Positions 1 to 11,905 of a DNA stretch of 64,000 nt are shown one piece after another. Under the pieces are notes generated by a model. It had not been told where the DNA came from, did not search any database, and worked only from the letters and a program-made list of their open reading frames with translations. The translations under genes were made by a program, and so were the position numbers. Source of the stretch: Zancudomyces culisetae HAW-14-8 (taxonomy: Eukaryota > Fungi > Kickxellomycota); the NCBI GenBank assembly GCA_052426225.1, contig JBNJNM010000023.1:558001-622000 (forward strand), read 5' to 3'. Every line of letters begins with the position of its first letter. Within the stretch, counting starts at the first letter, position 1.

Positions 1-2
1 AA

Positions 3-3001
3 TATTATACAGATGAATTAGAGTTACTGTCACCACTAAAGAAAAACAGATTTAATATAGCCCACATAATCGGGATTATTCAAAACCCATCTATAGAATT
101 CGAAAAAGAAATATTACCTCAAATTCCAAACGAATATATGGACTTAAAAACAGCATTTGACAAACAACTAGCAAACAAATTACCACCGCATAGGCCATAT
201 GATTGCCCAATAGAATTATTACCTAATTCAAGCCCCCCTTACAGACCCATATACTCACTATCTCCAAAAGAATCGAAAACGCTAAATGAATATATCCAAG
301 ACAATCTTTCTAAAGGTTTTATCGAAAACTCCACTTCAGAAGCTGGTGCACCCGTATTTTTTACACCCAAAAAAGATGGATCCCTTCGACTAGTAGTAGA
401 TTACAGAAAATTAAATCTAATTACTCGAAAAAATCGATATCCACTACCACTAATAAATGAATTATTAGAACGAGTACAAGGCGCTGAAATATTCACTAAA
501 TTAGATTTACGAGGCGCTTATAACCTCGTAAGAATTAAAACAGGCGATGAGTGGAAAACGGCCTTTCGAACCCAATTCGGTCACTTCCAATATAATGTAA
601 TGCCATTTGGGTTGCCAAAGCTCCAGCAACATTCCAACATTTTGTGAACGATATTTTTAAGGATTTTATTAATATATTCATGGTAGTGTATTTGGACGAT
701 ATTTTGATATTTTCAAAAAACAAAAACGAACATATTAACCATGTAAGGCTAGTCCTAAATAGACTTATCCAAAACAACCTATACGTAAAATTGGAGAAAT
801 GTGAATTTAATCAAAAACAAGTAGAATTTTTAGGATATATAGTTTCTAACGAAAGACTACAAATGGACAATAAAAGAATTGAAACTATACAAAACTGGAA
901 ACCACCATCCACAGTAAAACAGATACAAATATTCCTAGGATTTTCAAATTTCTATCGACGATTTATAGAAAATTTTTCCAAGATCATAAGTCCAATTACA
1001 AGTTTATTGAAAAAGAACGCACAATTCATATGGACACAAGTACATCAATGTGCTTTTGACGAATTAAAAGCTAAATTTACGTCCGCACCTATATTAAAAC
1101 ACCCAATACCGGATAAACCTTTTATACTCGAATGTGACGCGTCAAATTATGCGATAGGTGCCGTACTATCTCAAAAACACGACAACATATTACACCCATG
1201 CTGCTATTACTCGAGAACACTAAACGACTCGGAAAAGAATTATCATATATTTGAAAAAGAACTGTTGGCAGTTAAAGATTCTTTAGAACAATGGAGACAC
1301 TTACTGGAGGGCGCATCTCATCCTGTTACAATTATGACAGACCATAAAAACTTAGAATATTTTAAAGATGCTAAAATTTTAAACCAAAGACAGACCAGAT
1401 GGTCTCTATTTCTATCCAGATTTGATATTAATCTTATGTATAGACCAGGAGCTAAGAATGGAAAAGCAGACGCCTTGACCAGAAGAGAAGAACCCAAAGA
1501 TAAAATATCACAATATAATACTGACCCTATAATGACCCCAAAAGCAATAATTGGAGCTATTCAAACCAACACAATTGATAAGGAAATTAATCTAGGATAC
1601 ACAACTGAAAACATTAATAAAATACTACTTGAAAATAAAGAACTGAAACTAAGGCTAGAAAACGGTCAAATCTTAAATCATGAAAATAAAATATTTGTAC
1701 CAGAAAACGCGAGAAAACAAGTACTTGAAGAATTTCATGATACACCTCTAGCAGGACATTTTGGCACAACTAAAACATACGAATGCATATCGAGGAAATA
1801 TTGGTGGCCAAAGTTGAGAGAAACAGTAGAAAATTATATTAAAACATGCGAAACATGCAACAGAAATAAATACCAAACATCAAAACCAAAAGGATTTATA
1901 ATACCACTAGATACACCGGGAAAACCATGGGAATCAGTTTCACTTGATTTTATAACAGACCTGCCTAAATCTTTAGGAAATACTACTATTTTGGTTATAG
2001 TAGATCGCCTAACTAAAATGGCGCATTTTATAGCATGTAAAAAACTTCCAACATCTATAGAAACGGCTAAATTATTTATAGACAACATCTTTAGGATACA
2101 CGGAATGCCTAATTCAATTGTATCTGATCGTGGATCTCAGTTCGTATCACGATTCTGGAAAGACTTCTTTAAACTCTTGAATGTTAAAATAAACCTTTCA
2201 ACAGCATATCATCCTCAAAGTGACGGGCAAACAGAGAGAATTAACTTAATATTAGAACAATACCTAAGATGTTTTATAAATTATCAACAGGATAACTGGT
2301 CACAACTGCTGACCTTTGTTGAATTTGCATATAATAATTCATACCATAGTTCAACTAAATTAAGCCCGTTTTATGCTAATTACGGGTTCCATCCAAATTT
2401 AAATACAAACTCAATATCCAACTCTAATTTACCTAGTGCGCAAGACCTAATTATTCAGATTAAAGAAACACAAGAAGTATTAAAATATCAACTAGAGAAA
2501 GCTAAAAATAATTATAAATACCAAGCGGATAAAAAAAGAACAGATTATGATGAATACAAACCAGGAATGAAAGTGTGGTTATCTCAAAAACACATACATT
2601 CAACAAGACCGTCTAAGAAATTAGATAATCTATTTATGGGACCATATGAAATAATATCCATGATAAACCCTGTTGCTGCCAAATTAAAATTGCCTTATTC
2701 ACTTAAAATACACCCTGTATTTCATATCTCATTACTTAAACCATATATTAAAGACTCAATAAGAAAGACTAAACTAAACCCACCACAAATTGAAATCTTA
2801 AACGGCATACCAGAATACATAGTAAACAGAATACTAGATAGTAAAAGAATACATGGTAAACTTAAATACCTAATCGATTGGGAAGGGTATCCCCCAAGAG
2901 AAAGATCATGGGAATATGAGGAAGATGTGCATGCACCTATCCTAACAAAAAGATTTCATAAACAGTACCCTAACAAACCAAAACCCACACAAACAAGTTG
3001 A
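3..3001 (+). pseudogene. pol: Gypsy pol polyprotein (RT-RNaseH-integrase-chromodomain) with a single 1-nt deletion frameshift near 615
   Basis: The frame of ORF 138..647 is open from position 3. The conserved MPFGLxNAPATFQ motif is split: 5 nt instead of 6 lie between TTG and GCT CCA GCA ACA TTC CAA, and the sequence continues in the frame of ORF 644..3001. Confidence 0.9.
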
Positions 3002-3023
3002 GAAAGTCATTAAAGGAGAGTAA

Positions 3024-3291
3024 TGTCAGAATGACATATCTCCACACTTTCCCCACATAAATAAGATTATATTTGTCTCACAATATTATGGAGTTAATTT
3101 CAGACACATAGTATTGGTTATAAATAACCACATATAAATTATATAAGATACTACACCATTAATTGTTATAGTAAATTTCATATATAACCCTAGCTAAAAG
3201 ATTTTATCGCAACTCAGCGATAAAATCATATTTCATAGTCCATAGTAATTTAAGCTTATAATAATAAAGTTACCTTAATATATTCTTGACA
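3024..3291 (+). repeat. 3' LTR (268 bp) of the Gypsy element
   Basis: Starts TGTCA 3 nt after the polypurine tract AAAGGAGAG and ends TGACA (5-bp terminal inverted repeat). Contains TATATAA (3181-3187) and AATAAA (3263-3268). Followed by ATAAT, the putative TSD; its partner is outside the window. Confidence 0.8.
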
Positions 3292-3575
3292 ATAATTAGT
3301 TTTATTAATAGTTTAAGTTTTAATTAAATATTTATAACAAACTTAATTGTATAAAAGGTGATACATTTCCCTTTAATGAACAACTAAGTTTAACAATCTC
3401 GTTAATAACTTATAAAGTTTTATTAGTTATAATTTATATATACTGTGTGTTAAAATATACATTTAATTAATAGCTTTCGAAAACTAACTGTGTGATAGTT
3501 TGTTATTACCATTATTATTGTGTATATTATTGGTATCTAACAATGGGACATAACACATTAATAGATCTTTACATT

Positions 3576-6500
3576 TCATGATAGTTTCATTCTTTTTAAC
3601 TCCTCCACCTCAACCCGACAATAGTCAATTAAGTCGTGGTCATTTAGTTCGTTCGCCACCCCCATGATTAATATCCTGTGCGTACTAGCATCTGCACCAT
3701 ACTTTATAAACAGCTTGATCATATCCACATTTTTGTGGTCAATGGTCTCCTTATGTCCATAATCCTGATTTAATACCAAATTTGGGTCTCTTCCCAACAA
3801 GAGCTTCATCATCTCCAGATTATTATTCTCGCAAGCCTGGATCAACCCACTCAAGTGTCCTTTTTCCATTTTTGCTCCTTTCTCAAATAACAATTTTAGA
3901 GTCTCTAAGTTATTTGTATAACATGCATCTAGAATGTAATTAAAATGAACATATGCAAGTATATCCATATATCCCAAAAGGAATCTAACCGTTCTGTCTG
4001 ATTTTTCTGAATAGCATATAGTAGTAGAAATGAATAATTCCCAATATCAGAACGCTGATTAAATAATAACTGTAGTGTTTCATTGTCGTGTAAATTAAAA
4101 TTTTCTGCAAGTGCATATGAATTTTTATCTATTTTTGCGCCTTGTTGCAATAATAACAGTATCATTTCAATATTTTTTGCTTTTAGTGCCACATTTATAA
4201 TTCTGGAGTCATCCTTAGCGCTTACACCATTCTCCAAAATTACTTTCACTACTTCAATATTTCTCAATTGCTCTGAAAACTTCAGTATTTTAGATGCGAT
4301 GTTGGAATCAAACTTGTAAGAGAGCAGCAGTTTCAATATTTCAATATTGGCTACAATAGCTGCTGCTATTACTCCATCAAACAAATCGCTATTCTGGATA
4401 GGCTCACTACTTTCAAGTAAGGTTTTTGTAATCTTGTATTCTTCAGAATGATTAGAGTTTTCATTATTCAAACAAGAAACGTTCTTTGTCTCTCTATTTT
4501 TTGTAATTGTGCTTTCCCTCTTTTCTAATACTCCCAAACTATCATAATATTCAAGAATCGTTTTTACCAAGTCTATATCCCCGATCAAACATACACGCTC
4601 TAATTGGTGTCTACAAATGTTCCCTAGAATGGCATTATTGTCCATAAGATATTTTAATGTTCTTTTGAAACCCAATCTACATGCGATTCTGACTCCATTA
4701 CGTTCTGGATCACTAATGTTTACTCCACTTTCCACCAACAATTTGACCATATCAAAATTACCCAGCGAACATGCCATGTTAATACGAGGATATTCTGGAT
4801 TCTTGGGTACCACACCATCTTTCATTATCCAATGTTTTAACACCCCAACTTTATTTGACTTACACGCCTCTTTAAATCCATCCGATTCTCTTTTAAACTT
4901 AGCACCTTTACTAATAAAGTAACTAATCCTATCAATATCAAACTATTATGAGAATTAATATCTGCTCCATATTCTATCAATAGTTTCAACATTTCAAAGT
5001 TTCGGTTCACCAATTCTGATTTTGCCCGCTCGTAGTGTCTATCATTCAGCACATCTAAATTGTTCTCATATATAATCTCGTTAATCCGTTTGTAGGCAGT
5101 GTCCGCTAATGCGTTTTGCAGATTGTTTTTAACAATTTATATAATAATTTATATTAATTTACCATTAGATTCTCTTAAAATTGACTGTCATAACGATTAG
5201 CTGATGGGCTTAAAATAAATAGTAACAAGTACTGGCGATATATATTTGTTTTGAATTCATCATTGACATAACTCTCTGTAAACAAATCGTACTCTTAGGA
5301 AAATTCGCAAAACCACCATCTTTGAATTGATATAATTTATTTATTGACCGACAAGCCTCAATAAGACATAACATTATTTTATTAAATTTAGGTTTTGTCC
5401 AAACCTTGTCTTCACTTCTTGAAGTTTTGAATTTAACTTCACCACTATCTTTATCGTAAAATTTTAATAGTTTTTCTGCTATTTCATAATTTTTGATACA
5501 GATAGAATTTCAACAATACCGTGATTTGCCTGCTCAATAGGAGTTCCATTTCCAATAAAAACCGTAGCATATCTAAATCATTAATTATGATTGCAGTCAA
5601 TATTCCAATAAATTCAGTTGATTTTAAATCCACTTCAACTCCAATAAGTAGTTTTACCATTCTGATATCCCCATTTCTCACCGCATCCTCTAAACAGAAA
5701 ACACTCATTGCCTTTGCATACTTATTGAAGATTTCCTGTGTCAATTCGTAGTCTTTCATTTTTATAGCCATTTTCATTGCATTTCAGTCAATCCTTCCTC
5801 CGATTTATTGCAATTTTCTAAAAGAAATCTTATAAGATCAATATTATTATTTTCGTACGTCATTTCTGCCATTTTTCTAGTATTTCTTGGTTTAATTCAA
5901 CTTTGTAAATATATTTCTTGAATAATCTCTCATTGTTCAGATATAAGGCTACATCTACTAATACCAGCGCGTGTTTGCTACTACCAGAGTATTTCTCTCC
6001 AAGAAAGTTTATCAACTCTTTCATATCTAGCTCAATTGAATAGTATACACAAATTGTATAGTTAAACAGATCAATTCTATCAACGTATTCGCAATTGCCA
6101 ATAAATACATTTAACCCATCATCTATAGGCACACCGCGAGCATCCTCTACTGATTCTAGCACCTGGAAAGAAAAATCGACGTTTATTTCGAGATCTAAAA
6201 TTCTTTTTAACCATCAAGGTTGTTCAATCTGCAACTTTCACTTGCAGCAATCACCAAACAGGATACCAAAAATCTAGCATCAATACATCTAATATCTCTT
6301 CCAATAGAGTCACACATATCTGCGGGAAACTCAAACTTAGCGTTGCAGGTATCCATCAACATTTCGATATCGCTTTCCCCAGAGATAGTGCGTATTTCGA
6401 ATAATAAAATCTCTGAAGCATCTATGTTGGTTACTAAAGGGTAAACACAAATAGAATCAGAAATTATTATATCTGACTCTCCCCTTCGTGATTCGTTATA

Positions 6501-6956
6501 ATTTAAAAACAATTTTCCAATATCAATATCCAGGTATTTACCCTCGTTTATAGACAAAGTACCCTTGTGAAAAATCTTTGAAGTGTTTCTATCAATAACT
6601 AAATACATCTTAAGCAATCTATTTAGCACATTTCTCCATCTATACTTGAATGCTAGCTCTATAGCGGTTCCGTAGTCCAAGCTCTTAACCATACTCAGAA
6701 CTAATGCCCCAACTTCATCCATATTTATTCGTGTGTATTTCTCGAATATACCCACCAATCTCGATTCGAAATCAAATTTAGTGTCCAATAAAACACACTT
6801 AATAATGTACTTGCCAATAGTTTTCACTTTTTGAGAGACTTTGTATATACTTTTGCTCAGAAGTGATAGTTGAGGATTTTGAGCATGTACAAATATGACT
6901 GACAGGGTACTTGCTGGAAGTTTGTTGAAAAGGTTGTCGTTGTTTATGGAGTTCAT
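3576..6956 (-). pseudogene. F-box-like/ankyrin-repeat protein, fragmented by several frameshifts, stops and deletions
   Basis: ORFs 6207-6956, 5860-6162, 5484-5777, 4837-5052 and the start of 3929-4843 are colinear pieces homologous to the protein at 58902-61271; the rest of 3929-4843 and 3576-3977 carry further ankyrin units. Ankyrin-like units (AC..GN.DMVKLLVESG, ACENNNLEMMKLLL). N-terminal LP...L..IF motif. Confidence 0.88.
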
Positions 6957-8713
6957 CGTGTCGTAAGTTGGATTATTTCTATTTCTTCCCTTGAAGTTGA
7001 ATTAGTTTATTAGTGTATTAAAGTGAATAATCATTTTGAACAAGCCTAGATGGTTGAACTGATTTGGTTATATACTATTTTCCTGATTTTTTAATCTATT
7101 TATTTCACCTCTAAACTAAGCAAAGTTGTAATTTGCTGCGTAATTTGAATGAAATTATAGTGGGATATTCAAGTTATTGGGTATGATTCGGGTTTAAGCA
7201 TCAAACCAGAGAATTGAAATAATTTCAGTCCAGTAATTTATTCATTTTTGTTGATTTTAAGATGGATTTGTTAATGGATCAAAATACACATTAAATAGGT
7301 ATCGCAAATATTGTTCCAGTCCATTTTCTTACACCAAACATTTACTGGTGATCCAATTTCGACATTTTTGATGGGATTTTTATTAAATGGTTTAGGTTAA
7401 AATTGTGTGACTGGATTGGTATAATACGTATTATTTGCGTTTAGATATGTATAGAAATTTGTGGTTTGAATGTGTTTGACTGTGGTACTATATCTCAAGT
7501 AGTCAACAATCATTTAAGCGGCTTAAATAATTATCCGAATAACCAAATATATTCCAGTATAACAACTAAACGATACTCCAAAAGAATACATAAACTTTGG
7601 TTAATAGTTTAGTACCTGAATGAATATAACCCAGATTAAAATGCATCAAAAAAACTTAATAGCCTTGCAGCAACAATTCTGCTACTGTATTGACTGAAAT
7701 ATTTATTTTATAACTCAGCCTCAGAGCCCCTTCAGTTGACTGCAATAGTAATACACCCAGCACCAATAAATTATTATATATTTTCGTTTCTTGAGAAATT
7801 TTAGTATAAAGAGACAATCCCACTTTCCCTCTATATGTTTAATATTATATTAAAGAGTACCCATTCTTAGAAAAGCGAGAACGAGCCAGAATGACTCGTA
7901 CTGAAAAAAAGTATATAATTTAACACTGCAAAATATCTGGCGTAAACTCAGGCGACTATGATTATTTATTAATCACCAAATGTACTATAGTGGAATCCGA
8001 TAAGTTGATGATTCTAAAATTGTTGATCGAATTGGCACAGAATTGAAAAAAAAAAAAACTTATTGAACCCATTAATCTAGCATAAGAGTGGGGTGAACAT
8101 AAGTTTGTACAGCTACTAATGATAGTCACTATGCTTGCAATCCTATCCTCCAACTTAAGTACTAAGACATCCTAGATTGTACCCAAATATTTATATAGCT
8201 GTTATTTGTTAATTATATTATTAGTCTAAAATTATTATAATTTACTGAAAACGCTCATAATAGTGTTTTTTGTGAAACCAGGTTTGAGTGAGAGATATAC
8301 TCGTCTAAACATTAAATAAAAGTGTTTTATTCAGCCTGAGTTTATTGATTTTAGCATTTCCTACTATTCTTATTTAACATTTATGAAACAAAGTAATCAA
8401 GATTTAATAATAACTAGTATTTTGCAACATTCTGGATATTATTTATTAAATATTTATTTCTGAAGAATACAATAATCCTAAAACTACAATACTACACTGG
8501 CTATGGTAAAATGCAAGAGTATGATAATAAAAAATAAACAAAAAAACATCAAGAGTTCAAAGTAAAATGGTCTTGGTTTTATTTATAACCGACTGTTATT
8601 CTCACCAGTTAGAAAAAATTATGAATCTGTCAATGATACCAAAGTAAAAGCAGTGAATACACCAACTAAAAGCATGTGCTGTGGGACATACAGTACGACT
8701 ACTCCACTACTTC

Positions 8714-9109
8714 TTAACATTTACATCCAGATTCACAGTGGCATTGCTCGCCTTTACCCTCCTTGCATTCACAGGTTGCTTGTTCACATTTACATGGTCC
8801 TCCACATGTACAACCTTTACCATCTATGCACTGACATATACTTTTTCCTTCGCACTTGCACTCATCCTCCCTGCAGATACACTTATTACCTACTGAACAC
8901 CTACAACAGGTACTGACTTTCTTATTTTCAGCACAGTTGCACTTTTCAGATTCACAACAGCATTTTCCTTCAGAGGTGGCTGAACAACCTTGCCCCTTCT
9001 TGCAGCAGCATTCACAATTTCCAGTCTCACATGAACACCGACCTCCGGGCGTATCTCTGCACTCTCCAATATCTTTGTTGTAGCAGGCCTTTTTGTCGCA
9101 TGAACTCAT
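8714..9109 (-). CDS. Long metallothionein-like Cys-rich protein (131 aa, 34 Cys)
   Basis: From the ATG at 9109: repeated CxC, CC and CCC clusters with K/E/G spacers, only one aromatic residue, no signal peptide, ends GCKC. TATA-like AAGTATAAAT on the minus strand at 9251-9260. Confidence 0.85.
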   Translation of the reverse strand: MSSCDKKACYNKDIGECRDTPGGRCSCETGNCECCCKKGQGCSATSEGKCCCESEKCNCAENKKVSTCCRCSVGNKCICREDECKCEGKSICQCIDGKGCTCGGPCKCEQATCECKEGKGEQCHCESGCKC

Positions 9110-11270
9110 CTTTGATTTACTTATTCTGGTTTGTATTGGTTTATTAGTCAAGCTTATTGGTATTATTGTTTTCTTTTTGTATTTAGTATGGAATACTAGG
9201 TGGTTTTATGATTGATATTTTCTTGTCTTTTTTGAGAAAAGCCGTGGACTATTTATACTTTTTTCTTGATATCTGGTTTCCTATGTACATACTCAAGACT
9301 TGGATAGTATTTTTATGAAAACAGGAACTTGTACACTTGAAAAAGTGCATTACACATTCGAGTTACTTTTGCCAAAAATCAAGAATATATGATTATAAAT
9401 CATTTAGATACACTTATCATTTTTAGTTATATTCGTTAAAATTGCATTTACAAAACCCATCCTGCTACCCAATAGCAAAAATGGATCCACTAATATTTTA
9501 ATTGATTTTTTTCTAGCTTCTTTGTGATTCTGTCACAAGATTTCCCACTACCATTTCACCTTCCTCCATATCTCTTATTTTCTAGTTGCGCTGATTCTGC
9601 TATTCGCTACTTTTTAGAAAATATCACAGCACTTTATCCTCTATTACATTATTTTACTCATTAGGGGCTTTATAAAATATCTCTGCTTTTTTACAAATAT
9701 ATAACCAAACTAAACTCTGGCATTAATATCTCTTTTACTGCTCATTTTATTTCTTTACACGTTTAATTCATTAAACTAATACCACATAAAAATACAAATA
9801 AACACCCCTGTATAATACCAAGAAAGCTTGAATATTTCAATTGGAAATGCTCAGCTTTAGATAGTAGAACTAAGGTTTTAAAAATTAATCGTTTCTTCGA
9901 TTTCGTTATTCGCTATCACGATCGTACACAATAGATACATTAGTATCTATAAATTTTGATTTTATCGTTAGTGTTGGTATAAATACTCCTTAAATGCGTC
10001 GTTTTACCTCAATTATAATTCATTTTGTTACAAGAAGACTCCTATATTGGTCCTTTTGCAAATGTATAACTGAAACAATCAACTTCGGTTTCCACTTTTA
10101 AATATTCATCATCAAACTCACCAAATCCATCTTTGTATGAGTTTTCATCGCTTCCTTTGCTCAGAGAACTGTTTTCACTGGCTAAATATTTATTAATGTG
10201 TCTAAACCTATTCCACTCAACAAAATCAAAATAAATCAAAATACAACCACTCAGAAATATTTAATCGATCCTAATTCAATTACAATGATGAGCCTTTAAA
10301 TTTCTTAACATAATTAGATTAGAATGTCGCACCTTGATTAGTAACATCATTAAGCTGATAGTAGTGGTGCGGTTTCTCGGCCTGCTCACCACCAAATCCA
10401 CCATAAGACATTACTCTCCCACACCATAATTCTTATACCACACAGATTTCAAATCCAATTCTGGCTTCATTGTTGATTCCAACTGAAAGCCCTTAGCTTG
10501 GTTGTTTTTTTAATGGAGTTTTCTGAAGCAATAGTCTTGCTTTATGGATTCTGGAGTATTGTAGCAAACGTAAACATTATATGAATAATTTTATTAAACT
10601 CTGACAAAAACAATTCAAATTGTACACCAATATTGATACACTTTAATATATTCTCTTTTTTAAAGCTATATATTCTGCTTCAAACTATTCAATTTCTAAT
10701 TATTTTAGCTTTTCTATAACGTTAAAATATGACTGTACTAATTTAACAGTTATAAAACAAAAGGTAAAGAAATACTGATGGCAAAATTGAAAGCCATATA
10801 GATATATTTTCCAGTTTTGATAAATCCACTATCTTGTTAGTTTGGACTGGGATTATGAGATTCACTATTTTTTGATGTACAATACACTCATCTTTTTGTT
10901 TATTCTTTTTTATCAATGATTTCTATCTCTTTTAGCCTGCTTCATAGCATACATCAGACCGAACTACGAATCAATCACTACCAGCTCTCACTATAATGCT
11001 TTTGCTTTTAAAACGCTTTTCTTTTTACTTTAGAAATAAGTGTTTTATTCTCAAAATATATACGTATACTTATAATAGGTTTAAGAGCATAAGTATAGTA
11101 TATTTTTACTCAATAATTATTAGCCTAAAGACACTTAATTATAATGGAAAACATGTATTGATTTTGCAGAAAAGAAAACAACCTAACTAAAGAGTACTGG
11201 AGTTTCTTTGCCTAGTCCTTTTTTACGGACATGTTTTATTTCGCTACATGTTACAAATTACACATTTTAT

Positions 11271-11322
11271 TTGCATTTTCATTTGCATTTTCATTTGCAT
11301 TTTCATTTGAATTTGCATTTGC
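11271..11322. repeat. Short tandem repeat, ~12-bp unit (TTGCATTTTCAT)n
   Basis: About 4 units, degenerating at the right end; read directly. Confidence 0.8.
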
Positions 11323-11905
11323 GCTTATATTTACAAATCATTCAAAACAGTACTGCTAAATTGTCCAATGTTACTTGTGTATACTCAGAACTACTTGAAG
11401 TCCCAAAGGAGCACAGCCATATTTATCTTTTGCATCTTATTTTCACTCTTTGGTACAGAAATAGGTAGAAAGCATTTGTTGGTAATATATCATTTGTGTA
11501 TCGCGCAGAAAAAATCAAGAAAAAAAATAATCTTTTGTCGCAATTGGCTACTATATTGCATGTTTTCCTAATAGAGTACCCTTCAGAGACATCTTCATTC
11601 GGTTCTTTTGGCATTAGCTTGCAATTTTTGAAATTGGCTTTTATTAGGTTCTGTTTATAGCTGTGTAATTAAATGTTTTTAATAATTTTTATCTTATGAT
11701 ATATTACATGTCTAATATGATCTATAAAGTACGCGTAAAACCAGTTAAATGGGGAATTAGAATACGTACCCACATTTGCTGACTCATCGAGTAAAAAAAA
11801 AGAAGGTATAAATAGTTCTCAGCTACTCAAAGTAAATTTAAAAACTTATAACTTTAAACCTTTACACTGAAAAAAGTCAATAACACAATAAATTGGATAA
11901 CAAAA

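Larger units (their letters stand above)
1..3291 (+). mobile_element. Ty3/Gypsy LTR retrotransposon (chromovirus), 3' part: pol + PPT + 3' LTR; 5' part lies left of the window
   Basis: RT motifs ([29 protein letters not shown]), RNase H (CDAS..IGAVL, EKELLA, TDHKNL), integrase (HHCC zinc finger, SLDF/SDRG/QTER), C-terminal chromodomain, in RT-RH-INT order. Purine tract at 3012-3020, then a TGTCA...TGACA LTR. Confidence 0.97.

Noticed and set aside
600-650. Programmed ribosomal frameshift in the Gypsy element
   Set aside because: The shift is inside the conserved RT motif MPFGLxNAP rather than at a gag-pol boundary; best explained as a 1-nt deletion.
10000-11620. Short ORFs (10042-10239, 11423-11614) that may be gene relics
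   Set aside because: No recognisable motif or consistent frame; cannot be supported.
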